A stretch of 64,000 nt of DNA, from positions 13,665 through 77,664 of the forward strand of contig JALUYA010000003.1 of assembly GCA_027018875.1 (NCBI GenBank). The letters run 5' to 3'. Position numbers and translations under genes: made by a program. Under the pieces are notes generated by a model. The model saw only the letters and a list, made by a program, of their open reading frames with translations. It did no database searches and was not told where the DNA came from. Source of the stretch: Gammaproteobacteria bacterium (GTDB lineage Bacteria; Pseudomonadota; Gammaproteobacteria; JAKDMP01). This document shows, in pieces, positions 39,165 through 47,526 of this stretch (its first letter is position 1; every line of letters starts with the position of its first letter).

Positions 39165-40651
39165 GCGTGCTCCTTGTCGAGAACGGCATCGGCCACCCGG
39201 TCGGCCAACGCCATAATGGTGAGATAGGGGTTGGCCTCCAGGGCCGTGGGGAAAAGAGAGGCATCGGCGACATGCAGCCAGGGATATCCATGCACCTGCC
39301 CATCGACATTGGTGACCGAATCGGTGGCGCTGCGCCCCATGCGGCATCCCCCCATGAGGTGCGCCGCGCTCACGCTGACCGTCCCTGGAAGAAAATACTC
39401 CGTACGAATACGCGTTTCGATCCGATCCCTGGCATCCGTCTCGAGGCAGGTCGGGCGGGCGCTGGGAGCATGGACTCGCAGGGCACCGGCAGCAAAAAAT
39501 ATTTTCGCCGCGGCCCGGGTTCCGCCCACGAGTGCCCGAATGGTTCTCGAATCGAGCCGATACCGTACCTGTGGATTTCCCCGCCGATCCAGAACGATAC
39601 GCTGATTCGGCAAGGCCTCGTCACAGGCCAGCACGAGGATCATTTGTAGATGATCGAAACGACGCAGGAACCGCTCATGATCCGGGCCAAACCCCGTCAT
39701 ATTTTTGGCGGTTATAAATGGTGGATACATGCAGGTTTCCAGAAAAAAGTGATCGCTTTCGATTCGTTCATCCCAGAGAAAACTTTTCGGATGCCCCAGC
39801 GCATTTTGTACGGGATGAGGATGTTCCGCAACCAGAATATGTGCGGGCTGACAGGTAAAGTAGCGTCCCACCGCCGGGAGCGTACGATCGAACCCGGAAC
39901 GCAACAGCAATGTGGTCGAACCCACCACGCCGCCGGCCAGGATTACCCGCCTCGCCCGTACCTCATAGTTTCCGGGCTCCCACTCGCCCGGCGAACCATC
40001 CGGGTTCAATCCCACCTCCACTTCCAGTCGCCGCTCTCTAAGACGCATTACGCGGGCCCGGGTTATCACCTCGACACCCCGGGACTCCGCCCGGGGCAAC
40101 TGCACGACATGGGTACCCTGCTTGGCATTGTTGGGACAACCCAGATTACATAATCCGGACCCCAGGCACCCCCGGGTATTGACGGCGAACTGCGTGGCAT
40201 TCCAGCCTAACTCGCGGCAACCCGCGACGAAGAGGCGGTTGTTCTCGTTGATCTGTGCTGCAGGCAATGCGTGTACCCCGTTATCCTGCGCGTAACACCG
40301 CGCCCGGCGCACCAGTTCATCCGGGCTCAAACCGGGCAGGTTCCAGCGTTCGATAATCCGCGCCGGCGGCTCCAGGCTGGTGCCGGTATAGACCACCGTC
40401 GAACCCCCATAACCCTCCACGAAGGCCAGCGAAACGGTGCCGTCGGCGACCATGAAGCCACCTCCTTCCCGGTACAGCATGCGGCTCATCTCAAGCTCAT
40501 GCCCATTGAACCGTCGATAATCGAATCGCGGGCCCTGCTCAAACAAGATCACCCGCTTACCCCGGGCCACCAGCGGTGCGAGCCGCGCCGCTACCGTGCC
40601 GCCCCCCGCTCCACTGCCGACGATGGCGATATCGGCCTCAACGATCCTCAT
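39161..40651 (-). CDS. GMC family oxidoreductase
   Basis: Trimmed to the ATG at 40651 (ATGA overlap with the upstream small ORF). ADIAIVGSGAGGGTVAARL FAD motif. GMC C-terminal region ...HLMGGCRMG...LHVADASLFP. Confidence 0.85.
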   Translation of the reverse strand: MRIVEADIAIVGSGAGGGTVAARLAPLVARGKRVILFEQGPRFDYRRFNGHELEMSRMLYREGGGFMVADGTVSLAFVEGYGGSTVVYTGTSLEPPARIIERWNLPGLSPDELVRRARCYAQDNGVHALPAAQINENNRLFVAGCRELGWNATQFAVNTRGCLGSGLCNLGCPNNAKQGTHVVQLPRAESRGVEVITRARVMRLRERRLEVEVGLNPDGSPGEWEPGNYEVRARRVILAGGVVGSTTLLLRSGFDRTLPAVGRYFTCQPAHILVAEHPHPVQNALGHPKSFLWDERIESDHFFLETCMYPPFITAKNMTGFGPDHERFLRRFDHLQMILVLACDEALPNQRIVLDRRGNPQVRYRLDSRTIRALVGGTRAAAKIFFAAGALRVHAPSARPTCLETDARDRIETRIRTEYFLPGTVSVSAAHLMGGCRMGRSATDSVTNVDGQVHGYPWLHVADASLFPTALEANPYLTIMALADRVADAVLDKEHA

Positions 40652-41136
40652 GGCGTGGTTTTCTCCCGGCAACCGCCCCATCCCCGTAACTGGGGTCGAT
40701 ACCCCAGCTCGGCTTTTTGGCGCTGCGGATCCCCGTAATACCCGGCCATCAGCAAGGTGCGAGTCGCCCACAGGGCCAAGCGGATATTCCTTGAGCGGGA
40801 GTTCTCGAGCCGCGCCAGCCGGGCCGCCACGCAACCGGCCTTCTGTCTGGAGACCGGGCCACAGCGCAGGCGAACCAGGGAGCGGATCAAATTCGCGGCC
40901 AGTATTGCCCGGTGCCGTATCGCAGCGGGGCGGTCGAGCAGAATGGCATCGGACAGACGCAACACCCTTTCCAACGCCTGCCGATCCAGTCCCCGGGCCG
41001 CCGGAACCATGGCTTCCAGCAAGGGCCGGAGCCATTTTTCCCGGCGTTCAAGAGGACCCGAAGATGGCACTTGCTGCTCCCGATAGCCTGGAAAATTTAT
41101 AGCATACCGCAGATACTCCGATACCAGGTAAAGCAC
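40648..41136 (-). CDS. small hypothetical protein coupled to the GMC oxidoreductase (possible accessory subunit)
   Basis: 162-aa ORF with a GTG start (start uncertain). Stop overlaps the GMC start. Vaguely like the small subunits that accompany GMC-type dehydrogenases, but no Tat signal seen. Confidence 0.5.
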   Translation of the reverse strand: MLYLVSEYLRYAINFPGYREQQVPSSGPLERREKWLRPLLEAMVPAARGLDRQALERVLRLSDAILLDRPAAIRHRAILAANLIRSLVRLRCGPVSRQKAGCVAARLARLENSRSRNIRLALWATRTLLMAGYYGDPQRQKAELGYRPQLRGWGGCREKTTP

Positions 41137-41253
41137 GATCGGGTCGTCGCCTGAGCATGTTTCCCGGAAAGAGTCGCCACATCCGTTCCGGGAATTCCCG
41201 GGATCGGCGCATGAGCACCATGTATTTTCCGTTCCTTCTCGGTTCCGATGCGC

Positions 41254-42489
41254 CTAGATGCCGAACGCGCTCGGGCGCAGCCCGGTGCGGCGACGCACCA
41301 AGATCCACAGCACCAGGTTCCAGATGATCAGACTGGTAGCGGTGGCAAGGGCCGCTCCCTCGATCCCGTAAAGGGGAATTAACGCCGCGTTGAGCGTAAT
41401 GTTGAGCGCGGCGCCCAGCCCTACGCCGAACGCAGTAAACTTTTCATTGCCGCTCATGTTGAGTATCAATCCCACCGATCCCACGCCGACATTGACCAAC
41501 TGCGCGGCGGCGAGTATGCGCAATGCCAGCGCACCTTCAACAAAGGCCCCACCGTAAAGAAGCCGTAGCAACCAGGGGGCGGCAATCAGCAACAATAGGG
41601 CCAACGGCGCCGAGGCCAGGAACACACGTCGCGCCGAGGCGACGACAAGCCGCTGGAGCAGTTCCCGTTCCCCGCCATGGTGATAGCGCGCGATCCGGGG
41701 CGCAATCACCAAGTTGGCCACACCGAGGAAAAATGGCACCAGCTCGGCGGCCCGGGCGGCCACGGCGTAGATACCCGCCGCATGCGCCCCCCTGAGGCTG
41801 CCAAGCATAATCAGGTCGATCCGGTTATTCACTAAAAACAGCACCCCGAGCCACATAAACGGAAGCGCCCCACGCAGCCGAACCGGGTGCGCGGCGGCAT
41901 CCCCGACAGCGCCCGCATGGCGTCGTAGCTGGTACTGCCCCACCATAAGAACAACTACCGCCGCCCCGGTGCTGGCGGCGATAACCTCGGACGGGGCAAC
42001 CGCCCCGCTGAATAGCCACAAGAGCCCGATCGGCGCGAGCACGAAGCCCGGCCCCAGGATGAGCAACGGCCACTGGCTGGTCGCCACGAGCCCCCGGGCG
42101 CGCAGCAGCGACTGGCGCACGTAGCCGAGAGCATTCAGAAGCGGCAGCGGTGCGGCAAGCACAAACAGGAACCGGGCGCCAGCCGCCTGGGGCACGAGCG
42201 CCGCGGAAAGCATGACCAGCGCCGCGGCCAGGCCGGCAAGCAACACCCAGCGGTCGGCCCAGTACCGTAGCGTCCACGCCGCCCGCGGGGGTTTTCCCCC
42301 CTCGCGAATCAGGTACTCGGGAATGCCGAGCGCCGCCGGCACAGTCAACAGGCCGGCCCAGGCAAATACGTAGGCATAAAGACCGTAGCCGTGGGGTCCG
42401 AGCGCCCGGGCATATATCAGGCTCGCGCCGAAGGCGATTACGGTGGAGCCGAACTTGAGTACGGCGGTCAGGCCCGCGGAACGCATCAT
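41254..42489 (-). CDS. polysaccharide/oligosaccharide flippase family membrane protein (Wzx-like)
   Basis: Polytopic. N-terminus MMRSAGLTAVLKFGSTVIAFGASLIYARALGPHGYGLY is typical of the family. The ORF track start at 42564 is TTG, so I prefer the ATG at 42489. Confidence 0.75.
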   Translation of the reverse strand: MMRSAGLTAVLKFGSTVIAFGASLIYARALGPHGYGLYAYVFAWAGLLTVPAALGIPEYLIREGGKPPRAAWTLRYWADRWVLLAGLAAALVMLSAALVPQAAGARFLFVLAAPLPLLNALGYVRQSLLRARGLVATSQWPLLILGPGFVLAPIGLLWLFSGAVAPSEVIAASTGAAVVVLMVGQYQLRRHAGAVGDAAAHPVRLRGALPFMWLGVLFLVNNRIDLIMLGSLRGAHAAGIYAVAARAAELVPFFLGVANLVIAPRIARYHHGGERELLQRLVVASARRVFLASAPLALLLLIAAPWLLRLLYGGAFVEGALALRILAAAQLVNVGVGSVGLILNMSGNEKFTAFGVGLGAALNITLNAALIPLYGIEGAALATATSLIIWNLVLWILVRRRTGLRPSAFGI

Positions 42490-42617
42490 CCGTCCACGCT
42501 CGGTACCACCGGCAAAATCCGCCTTGAATGTCTCGAACAGTCGGGCCGGGAACAAATGCAGCAACCAAGAGCTTGAAATAATCGTCCATGTTAGCGCCGG
42601 ATGTCTACAATATCCGC

Positions 42618-44228
42618 ATGGACTATGACTGCATCGTAATCGGCGCCGGGCACAATGGCCTGGTTTGCGCCTGCTACCTTGCCCGGGCCGGGATGAAGCC
42701 GCTGGTGCTCGAACGCCGGGAGATCGTCGGTGGCGCGGCGGTGACCGAGGAATTTTACCCCGGCTTCCGCAATTCCACCGCGAGCTATACGGTAAGCCTA
42801 TTGCACCCGAAAGTGATCCGCGAACTGCACCTGGCCGAACACGGGCTCAGAATCGTTGAACGCCCGCTGGCCAATTTCCTGCCCCTCCCCAATGGGGATT
42901 ACCTGCAGATCAGCCCGGATACGAGCGCTACGCAACGCGAGTTCGCCCGCTTCTCGCGCCGCGATGCCGAACGCTTGCCCGGATACGAGGCGATGCTGGA
43001 GCGCACGGCCGGGGCACTGCGGGCGCTTGCACTCCAGACTCCGCCAGCCACCGGTACCCGGCCCATCGACCTGTGGCGCATGGCCCGGGGCGGACGGGCA
43101 CTGGCCCGGTTGCCGCTCGCGGTGCAGCGCGACCTGTTGGCGCTTTTTACCCGCAGCGCCGCGGAGCTGCTCGATGCCTGGTTCGAGTCCGAGCCGGTCA
43201 AGGCGGTGTTCGGCTTCGATGCCGTAGTCGGTAACTACGCCAGCCCCTATGCCCCGGGCTCGGCCTACGTACTGTTACACCACGTCTTCGGCGAGGTAAA
43301 CGCCCGGCGCGGCGCCTGGGGTCACGCCATTGGCGGAATGGGTGCGATCACCCAGGCGATGGCCCGCGAAGCCGAACGCCTGGGCGTGCAGATCCGGGTC
43401 CGGGCGCCGATCGCCGAAATCATGGTACGCGACGGCCGCGCCCTCGGCGTGGTGCTGGAAAACGGAGAGCGCATCCACTCGCGGTGCATCGCCTCCAGCC
43501 TACACCCGAAGCTGCTGTTCACGCGCCTGATTTCCGCCGAACACCTGGATGAGGACTTGCGTTACCGCATCGGGCGGTATCGCTCCGGTTCGGGAACCCT
43601 GCGCATGAATGTCGCACTCACCGAACTGCCGGATTTCCTCGCCCTGCCCGGGCGCAAGGCCGCGCCCCACCACGGCGCGGGTATCATTCTCGCTCCCAGC
43701 CTCGAGTACATGGACCGGGCCTGGCGCGAGGCCCGGGAGTTCGGCTGGGCCCGCGAACCGGTGGTCGAGATGCTGATCCCGAGCACCATCGACAACACGC
43801 TCGCCCCTCCCGGGAACCACGTTGCCAGCCTGTTCTGCCAGCACTTCGCGCCGCGACTGCCCGGCGGGCGCCACTGGGACTCCGACGCGCGCGAGGCGGC
43901 GGCCGAGACCGTAATCGCCACCGTCGATCGGCACGCCCCCAACTTCCGCGCCGCCCTGCTCGGGCGAATGACGCTCACACCGCTCGATCTGGAACAGCGA
44001 TTCGGGCTCATCGACGGCGACATCTTCCACGGCGCGCTCACGCTCGACCAACTCGGCCCGGCGCGTCCGGTGCTGGGTCACGGCGATTACCGCGGCCCGC
44101 TCGCCGGGCTCTACCTGTGTGGTTCCGGTTCCCACCCGGGAGGCGGCGTCACCGGGCTTCCCGGGCACAACGCGGCCCGCGAGATTCTCCGCGACCGCCG
44201 GCCCTGGCACCGGTTGCACCGCCCCTGA
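42618..44228 (+). CDS. phytoene desaturase-family NAD(P)/FAD-dependent oxidoreductase (CrtI/PYROXD2-like)
   Basis: ATG at 42618. DCIVIGAGHNGLVCACYLARAG motif. Conserved C-terminal GLYLCGSGSHPGGGVTG. Confidence 0.85.
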   Translation: MDYDCIVIGAGHNGLVCACYLARAGMKPLVLERREIVGGAAVTEEFYPGFRNSTASYTVSLLHPKVIRELHLAEHGLRIVERPLANFLPLPNGDYLQISPDTSATQREFARFSRRDAERLPGYEAMLERTAGALRALALQTPPATGTRPIDLWRMARGGRALARLPLAVQRDLLALFTRSAAELLDAWFESEPVKAVFGFDAVVGNYASPYAPGSAYVLLHHVFGEVNARRGAWGHAIGGMGAITQAMAREAERLGVQIRVRAPIAEIMVRDGRALGVVLENGERIHSRCIASSLHPKLLFTRLISAEHLDEDLRYRIGRYRSGSGTLRMNVALTELPDFLALPGRKAAPHHGAGIILAPSLEYMDRAWREAREFGWAREPVVEMLIPSTIDNTLAPPGNHVASLFCQHFAPRLPGGRHWDSDAREAAAETVIATVDRHAPNFRAALLGRMTLTPLDLEQRFGLIDGDIFHGALTLDQLGPARPVLGHGDYRGPLAGLYLCGSGSHPGGGVTGLPGHNAAREILRDRRPWHRLHRP

Positions 44229-44303
44229 ACCCGCCGCGCCATTGAAATCAAATGCGCACACCCCCATGAAGAAACCATCTTCGGTGCACTTCAGGAGGTT
44301 CCC

Positions 44304-44744
44304 GTGCGTTACCTGCATACGATGATCCGGGTTGCGAACCTGGAACGAGCGCTGGCGTTTTTTTGCAACTTACTCGGTTTTGTCGAAATCGATCGCATGG
44401 AAAACGCCAAGGGCCGCTTTACCCTGATTTTTCTCGCCGCTCCCGCAGATGTCGAGGCCGCACGGCAGAACCAGGCTCCACTGCTCGAGCTGACTTACAA
44501 CTGGGACCCGGAAACGTATGCCGGGGGACGCAATTTCGGACACATCGCCTACGAGGTAGACGACATTTATGCCCTTTGCGCCCGCCTGATGGAGGCCGGC
44601 GTAACCATCAACCGCCCGCCACACGACGGCCACATGGCCTTTATCCGCACCCCGGATCATATTTCCATCGAGCTGCTCCAGCGCGGCAAGGCCTTGGCCC
44701 CCGCCGAACCCTGGGCCTCGATGCCCACCACCGGCTCCTGGTAA
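44304..44744 (+). CDS. gloA: VOC family protein / lactoylglutathione lyase-like
   Basis: AGGAGG RBS, GTG start. MRYLHTMIRVANLERALAFF...ELTYNW...GHIAY is colinear with E. coli GloA as I remember it. Confidence 0.7.
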   Translation: MRYLHTMIRVANLERALAFFCNLLGFVEIDRMENAKGRFTLIFLAAPADVEAARQNQAPLLELTYNWDPETYAGGRNFGHIAYEVDDIYALCARLMEAGVTINRPPHDGHMAFIRTPDHISIELLQRGKALAPAEPWASMPTTGSW

Positions 44745-44810
44745 CCCAGCGGGATCTTTTATAGAATCCCAGGTCATAAACTATATTGAACCCCACTTCA
44801 GGAATCCACC

Positions 44811-45596
44811 ATGAACCAGATACCCGGCAATGTTTCCCGGCTCCCGCATCCTGCAAGCTGGGTACTTTTCGCCTCCTCATTGCTCGCCCTCGCCACCCTC
44901 GGCGGTTGTGCCGCAACCGGCCCCGCCCCGGCCCAGGCCACCAATGGCGGGACCCAGGTCGGCAATGCCCGTATTGCCACCCGCATGAGTTCGACCATCT
45001 TTCTCCAGCCGGTGGCGCCCCGGAAGCGGGTGATATTCGTTGCCGGGCATAACACTTCGAGTGTCCGGAATCTGCAGTTACCGGCCTACCTCCGCGAGGC
45101 GCTCAGGCAGAAGGGCTACCATCTGACCACCAACCCCGACCAGGCCGAATACATCTTGCAGTACAACCTGCGCTATCTCGGCAGGGAGAACAAAAACCAT
45201 ACCATCCAGGGCGCGATTGCCGGCGGTTTCGGCGGTGCAATCCTGGAAAATGCCGTGGCCGGTGGCGGCTACGCAAGCGGCGGGCAGACGCTGCGCGCCG
45301 GGATCATCGGCGCCGGCATCGGGGCTCTGGTCGGTTACCTGGCAAATGAAACCCGCTACATGATGGTGGTGGATATCCAGGTCGAGCAGCGCAACCCCGG
45401 CGCCCGGACCAGAACCCATACCACGGCCCGAGAAGGATTGGGTAATTTCACCACTTCCAGCAGCGCAGGAGCGAAAGGCTGGCAAATTTATCGCACCCGT
45501 TTGGTCGGAGAGGCCGCGGGACACCGGTTGAATTTCAGTTATGTGCAACCCGCGCTCACCAGAACCATCGCCAACTCGATCGCCGGGATCTTTTGA
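44811..45596 (+). CDS. traT: TraT-like outer-membrane lipoprotein (complement resistance / surface exclusion family)
   Basis: Lipobox LATLGGC. Colinear with F-plasmid TraT motifs recalled from memory (SSTIFLQPV vs SETIWLEP; YMMVVDIQV vs YTMITDVQI; C-terminal TIANSIAGIF vs SIANIL). Confidence 0.8.
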   Translation: MNQIPGNVSRLPHPASWVLFASSLLALATLGGCAATGPAPAQATNGGTQVGNARIATRMSSTIFLQPVAPRKRVIFVAGHNTSSVRNLQLPAYLREALRQKGYHLTTNPDQAEYILQYNLRYLGRENKNHTIQGAIAGGFGGAILENAVAGGGYASGGQTLRAGIIGAGIGALVGYLANETRYMMVVDIQVEQRNPGARTRTHTTAREGLGNFTTSSSAGAKGWQIYRTRLVGEAAGHRLNFSYVQPALTRTIANSIAGIF

Positions 45597-46084
45597 ATCG
45601 GAGGCGATCCCTCGTGACCGCCGGGCGTAGATCCGCCTCCGATACCCCCGTTTCGTGTCCGGAGCCACCTTCCCCCTCCCTGGTGCGCTCCGGGCGCGAT
45701 CCCAAAGACGAACTTTTGCGCCCGGGCTGGCCCTGAAAAAAGCCGGCTCCCAATCCGGCACCCACGCACACGACATTGCCGAACAGGGAACCCACGCCCG
45801 CGACCCGAAACAGGTGGAACGGGGATCCGGCGCCCGGAACCAGGACGGCCAACCCCCAGAACCGCGCCCCTGTGCCTTGCCAGGGTTTCAGTCCCGTACA
45901 AACTTAACTCAAGATGAGACAGAGGGTCGCGAATGCACCCCGCCGGGGCGGCTTACCCCGGCCAATTCGCCGGGCCATAGCGCCACCGTCACTGATCATT
46001 AACAGTCGTTTATTTTTGTAAAAACAGGGCCTTCGGTACTTCTCGTCCTGCTACAATTTCTTCCATACCCGAAGGATCTTTCCC

Positions 46085-46648
46085 ATGCCCGGCGCCGACG
46101 CTTCTCCTGGATTCAGCCCTACGATTCGCCGCCTGCATCTGCTGGTGGCCCTGCTGGTGACTCTACAAATTTTGCTTGGGCTGGTCATGAACCGCGATAC
46201 GCCACGATTGTTCCTGGGCCACCAGTACCTGGGGCTGGCCATTGTCACGCTGGTACTCATCCACTGGTTGTGGTTGGTTACCCGCGAGCGTACCCAACTC
46301 GCCCACCTGTTCCCCCTGGAGAGCAAATACCGGCAGGCCGTTTTACGGGACCTTGCCGGGCTCAGGCATGGGCGGGAACCGGAGACCGGCCCACGCCCGG
46401 GGCTTCCCGCACTGATACACGGCCTCGGGCTGCTGGCCTTAACCTTGGTGGCTGCTCTCGGGGCGGCAATTTTTGTTCTGATCCAGCGAGGTACCGTCCG
46501 CTCGCCCGCCGGTGAGGCGATCACCGACCTGCATATATTTTTTGCCTGGGTACTGATCATTTACTGGGTGGGACACGTTCTTCTCGCCGGCATCCACGAG
46601 CTTCGCGGCGAGCGGGTCATCGCCCGCATGTTCTCGCCCCGACGGTAA
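46085..46648 (+). CDS. cytochrome b561-family membrane protein
   Basis: 187 aa, four hydrophobic helices with conserved His positions (RRLHLLVALL, LIHWLWL, LIHGLG, VGHVLLAGIHE). Confidence 0.7.
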   Translation: MPGADASPGFSPTIRRLHLLVALLVTLQILLGLVMNRDTPRLFLGHQYLGLAIVTLVLIHWLWLVTRERTQLAHLFPLESKYRQAVLRDLAGLRHGREPETGPRPGLPALIHGLGLLALTLVAALGAAIFVLIQRGTVRSPAGEAITDLHIFFAWVLIIYWVGHVLLAGIHELRGERVIARMFSPRR

Positions 46649-46684
46649 CCCGCACGCAAACGGTTCCAGGCGTCCCGGAACATT

Positions 46685-47299
46685 TCAGGGGTTCAAATAA
46701 AGATACTCCCATTCGCCCCCGGCATTGCGCCGATACAATTCACGGCGGTTGAGCCGCCCCTGCCCCGGCATCCAAAACTCGATCGCCTCGGCAACCAGCC
46801 GGTACCCTCCCCAATGCGCCGGGCGAGGTATGGAGCTTGAGGCAAAGACCCTTTCCGCCTGGGCATCCAGTTCGGTGACGCGTTGCTCCAGCTCCTCGGG
46901 CGACTCAAGCGGCTGGGATTGCTTCGACGCCCAGGCACCGAGTTGCGCGAGGCGCTCGCGACCGGCAAAATAGGCATCGGAGTCCGCCTCCGGCAAACGT
47001 TCGACCCGTCCTTCGACCCGCACCTGGCAGCGCAACCGGGGCCAGAAAAAGCACAAGGCTGCATACGGATTGGCGGCCAGTTCCCGGCCCTTGCGGCTCT
47101 CATAGTTGGTATAGAACACAAACCCTGCGGCCCCGGCCTGCTTCAGCAGTACCACCCGGGCCGAAACCCGCCCGTCGAGCGTTGCCGTGGCAAGAGTCAT
47201 GGCATCGGGCTCCCAGGTGTCCCCGGCTCGAGCCTCGTTCCAGTATGCGCTAAAACGTGCCATTGCCTCAGCGAACCGATCGGGCGAAGACTCATCCAT
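46685..47299 (-). CDS. pdxH: pyridoxamine 5'-phosphate oxidase
   Basis: ATG at 47299 preferred over the TTG at 47311. RVVLLK, FYTNYESRKG, QVRVEG, HWGGYRL, RLNRRELY motifs. Confidence 0.9.
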   Translation of the reverse strand: MDESSPDRFAEAMARFSAYWNEARAGDTWEPDAMTLATATLDGRVSARVVLLKQAGAAGFVFYTNYESRKGRELAANPYAALCFFWPRLRCQVRVEGRVERLPEADSDAYFAGRERLAQLGAWASKQSQPLESPEELEQRVTELDAQAERVFASSSIPRPAHWGGYRLVAEAIEFWMPGQGRLNRRELYRRNAGGEWEYLYLNP

Positions 47300-47310
47300 A
47301 GCGCAGGCCA

Positions 47311-47332
47311 ATGAAGAAATATATGAAGAAAT
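47311..47332. repeat. direct repeat ATGAAGAAAT x2 (12-bp register) in the pdxH/permease divergent region
   Basis: Copies at 47311-47320 and 47323-47332, read directly. AT-rich patch in otherwise GC-rich DNA. Confidence 0.5.
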
Positions 47333-47526
47333 TATATCGGCATGATAAGGGTAGTTGCTTTTTATGCTAAAAAACCGGACAGTGCCTTAATCCACTCGGG
47401 GAATTTTCACCCTGTGGAACGGAAAACCAGGGGGATATGCGCCCGGCAAATCGGGGAGCCTGCCCGGGCGGTAGAATCTATCCGAGCCTGCCGGCTCACG
47501 GGATCAACAGAGACGGGGAGAAAATC

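Noticed and set aside
45556-45852. 98-aa minus-strand ORF downstream of traT with a glycine-zipper-like N-terminus (GVGSLFGNVVCVGAGLGAGFF).
   Set aside because: The C-terminal two-thirds is Arg/Ser/Gly junk that runs into the traT 3' end. No RBS. A much shorter real peptide cannot be excluded but is unsupported.
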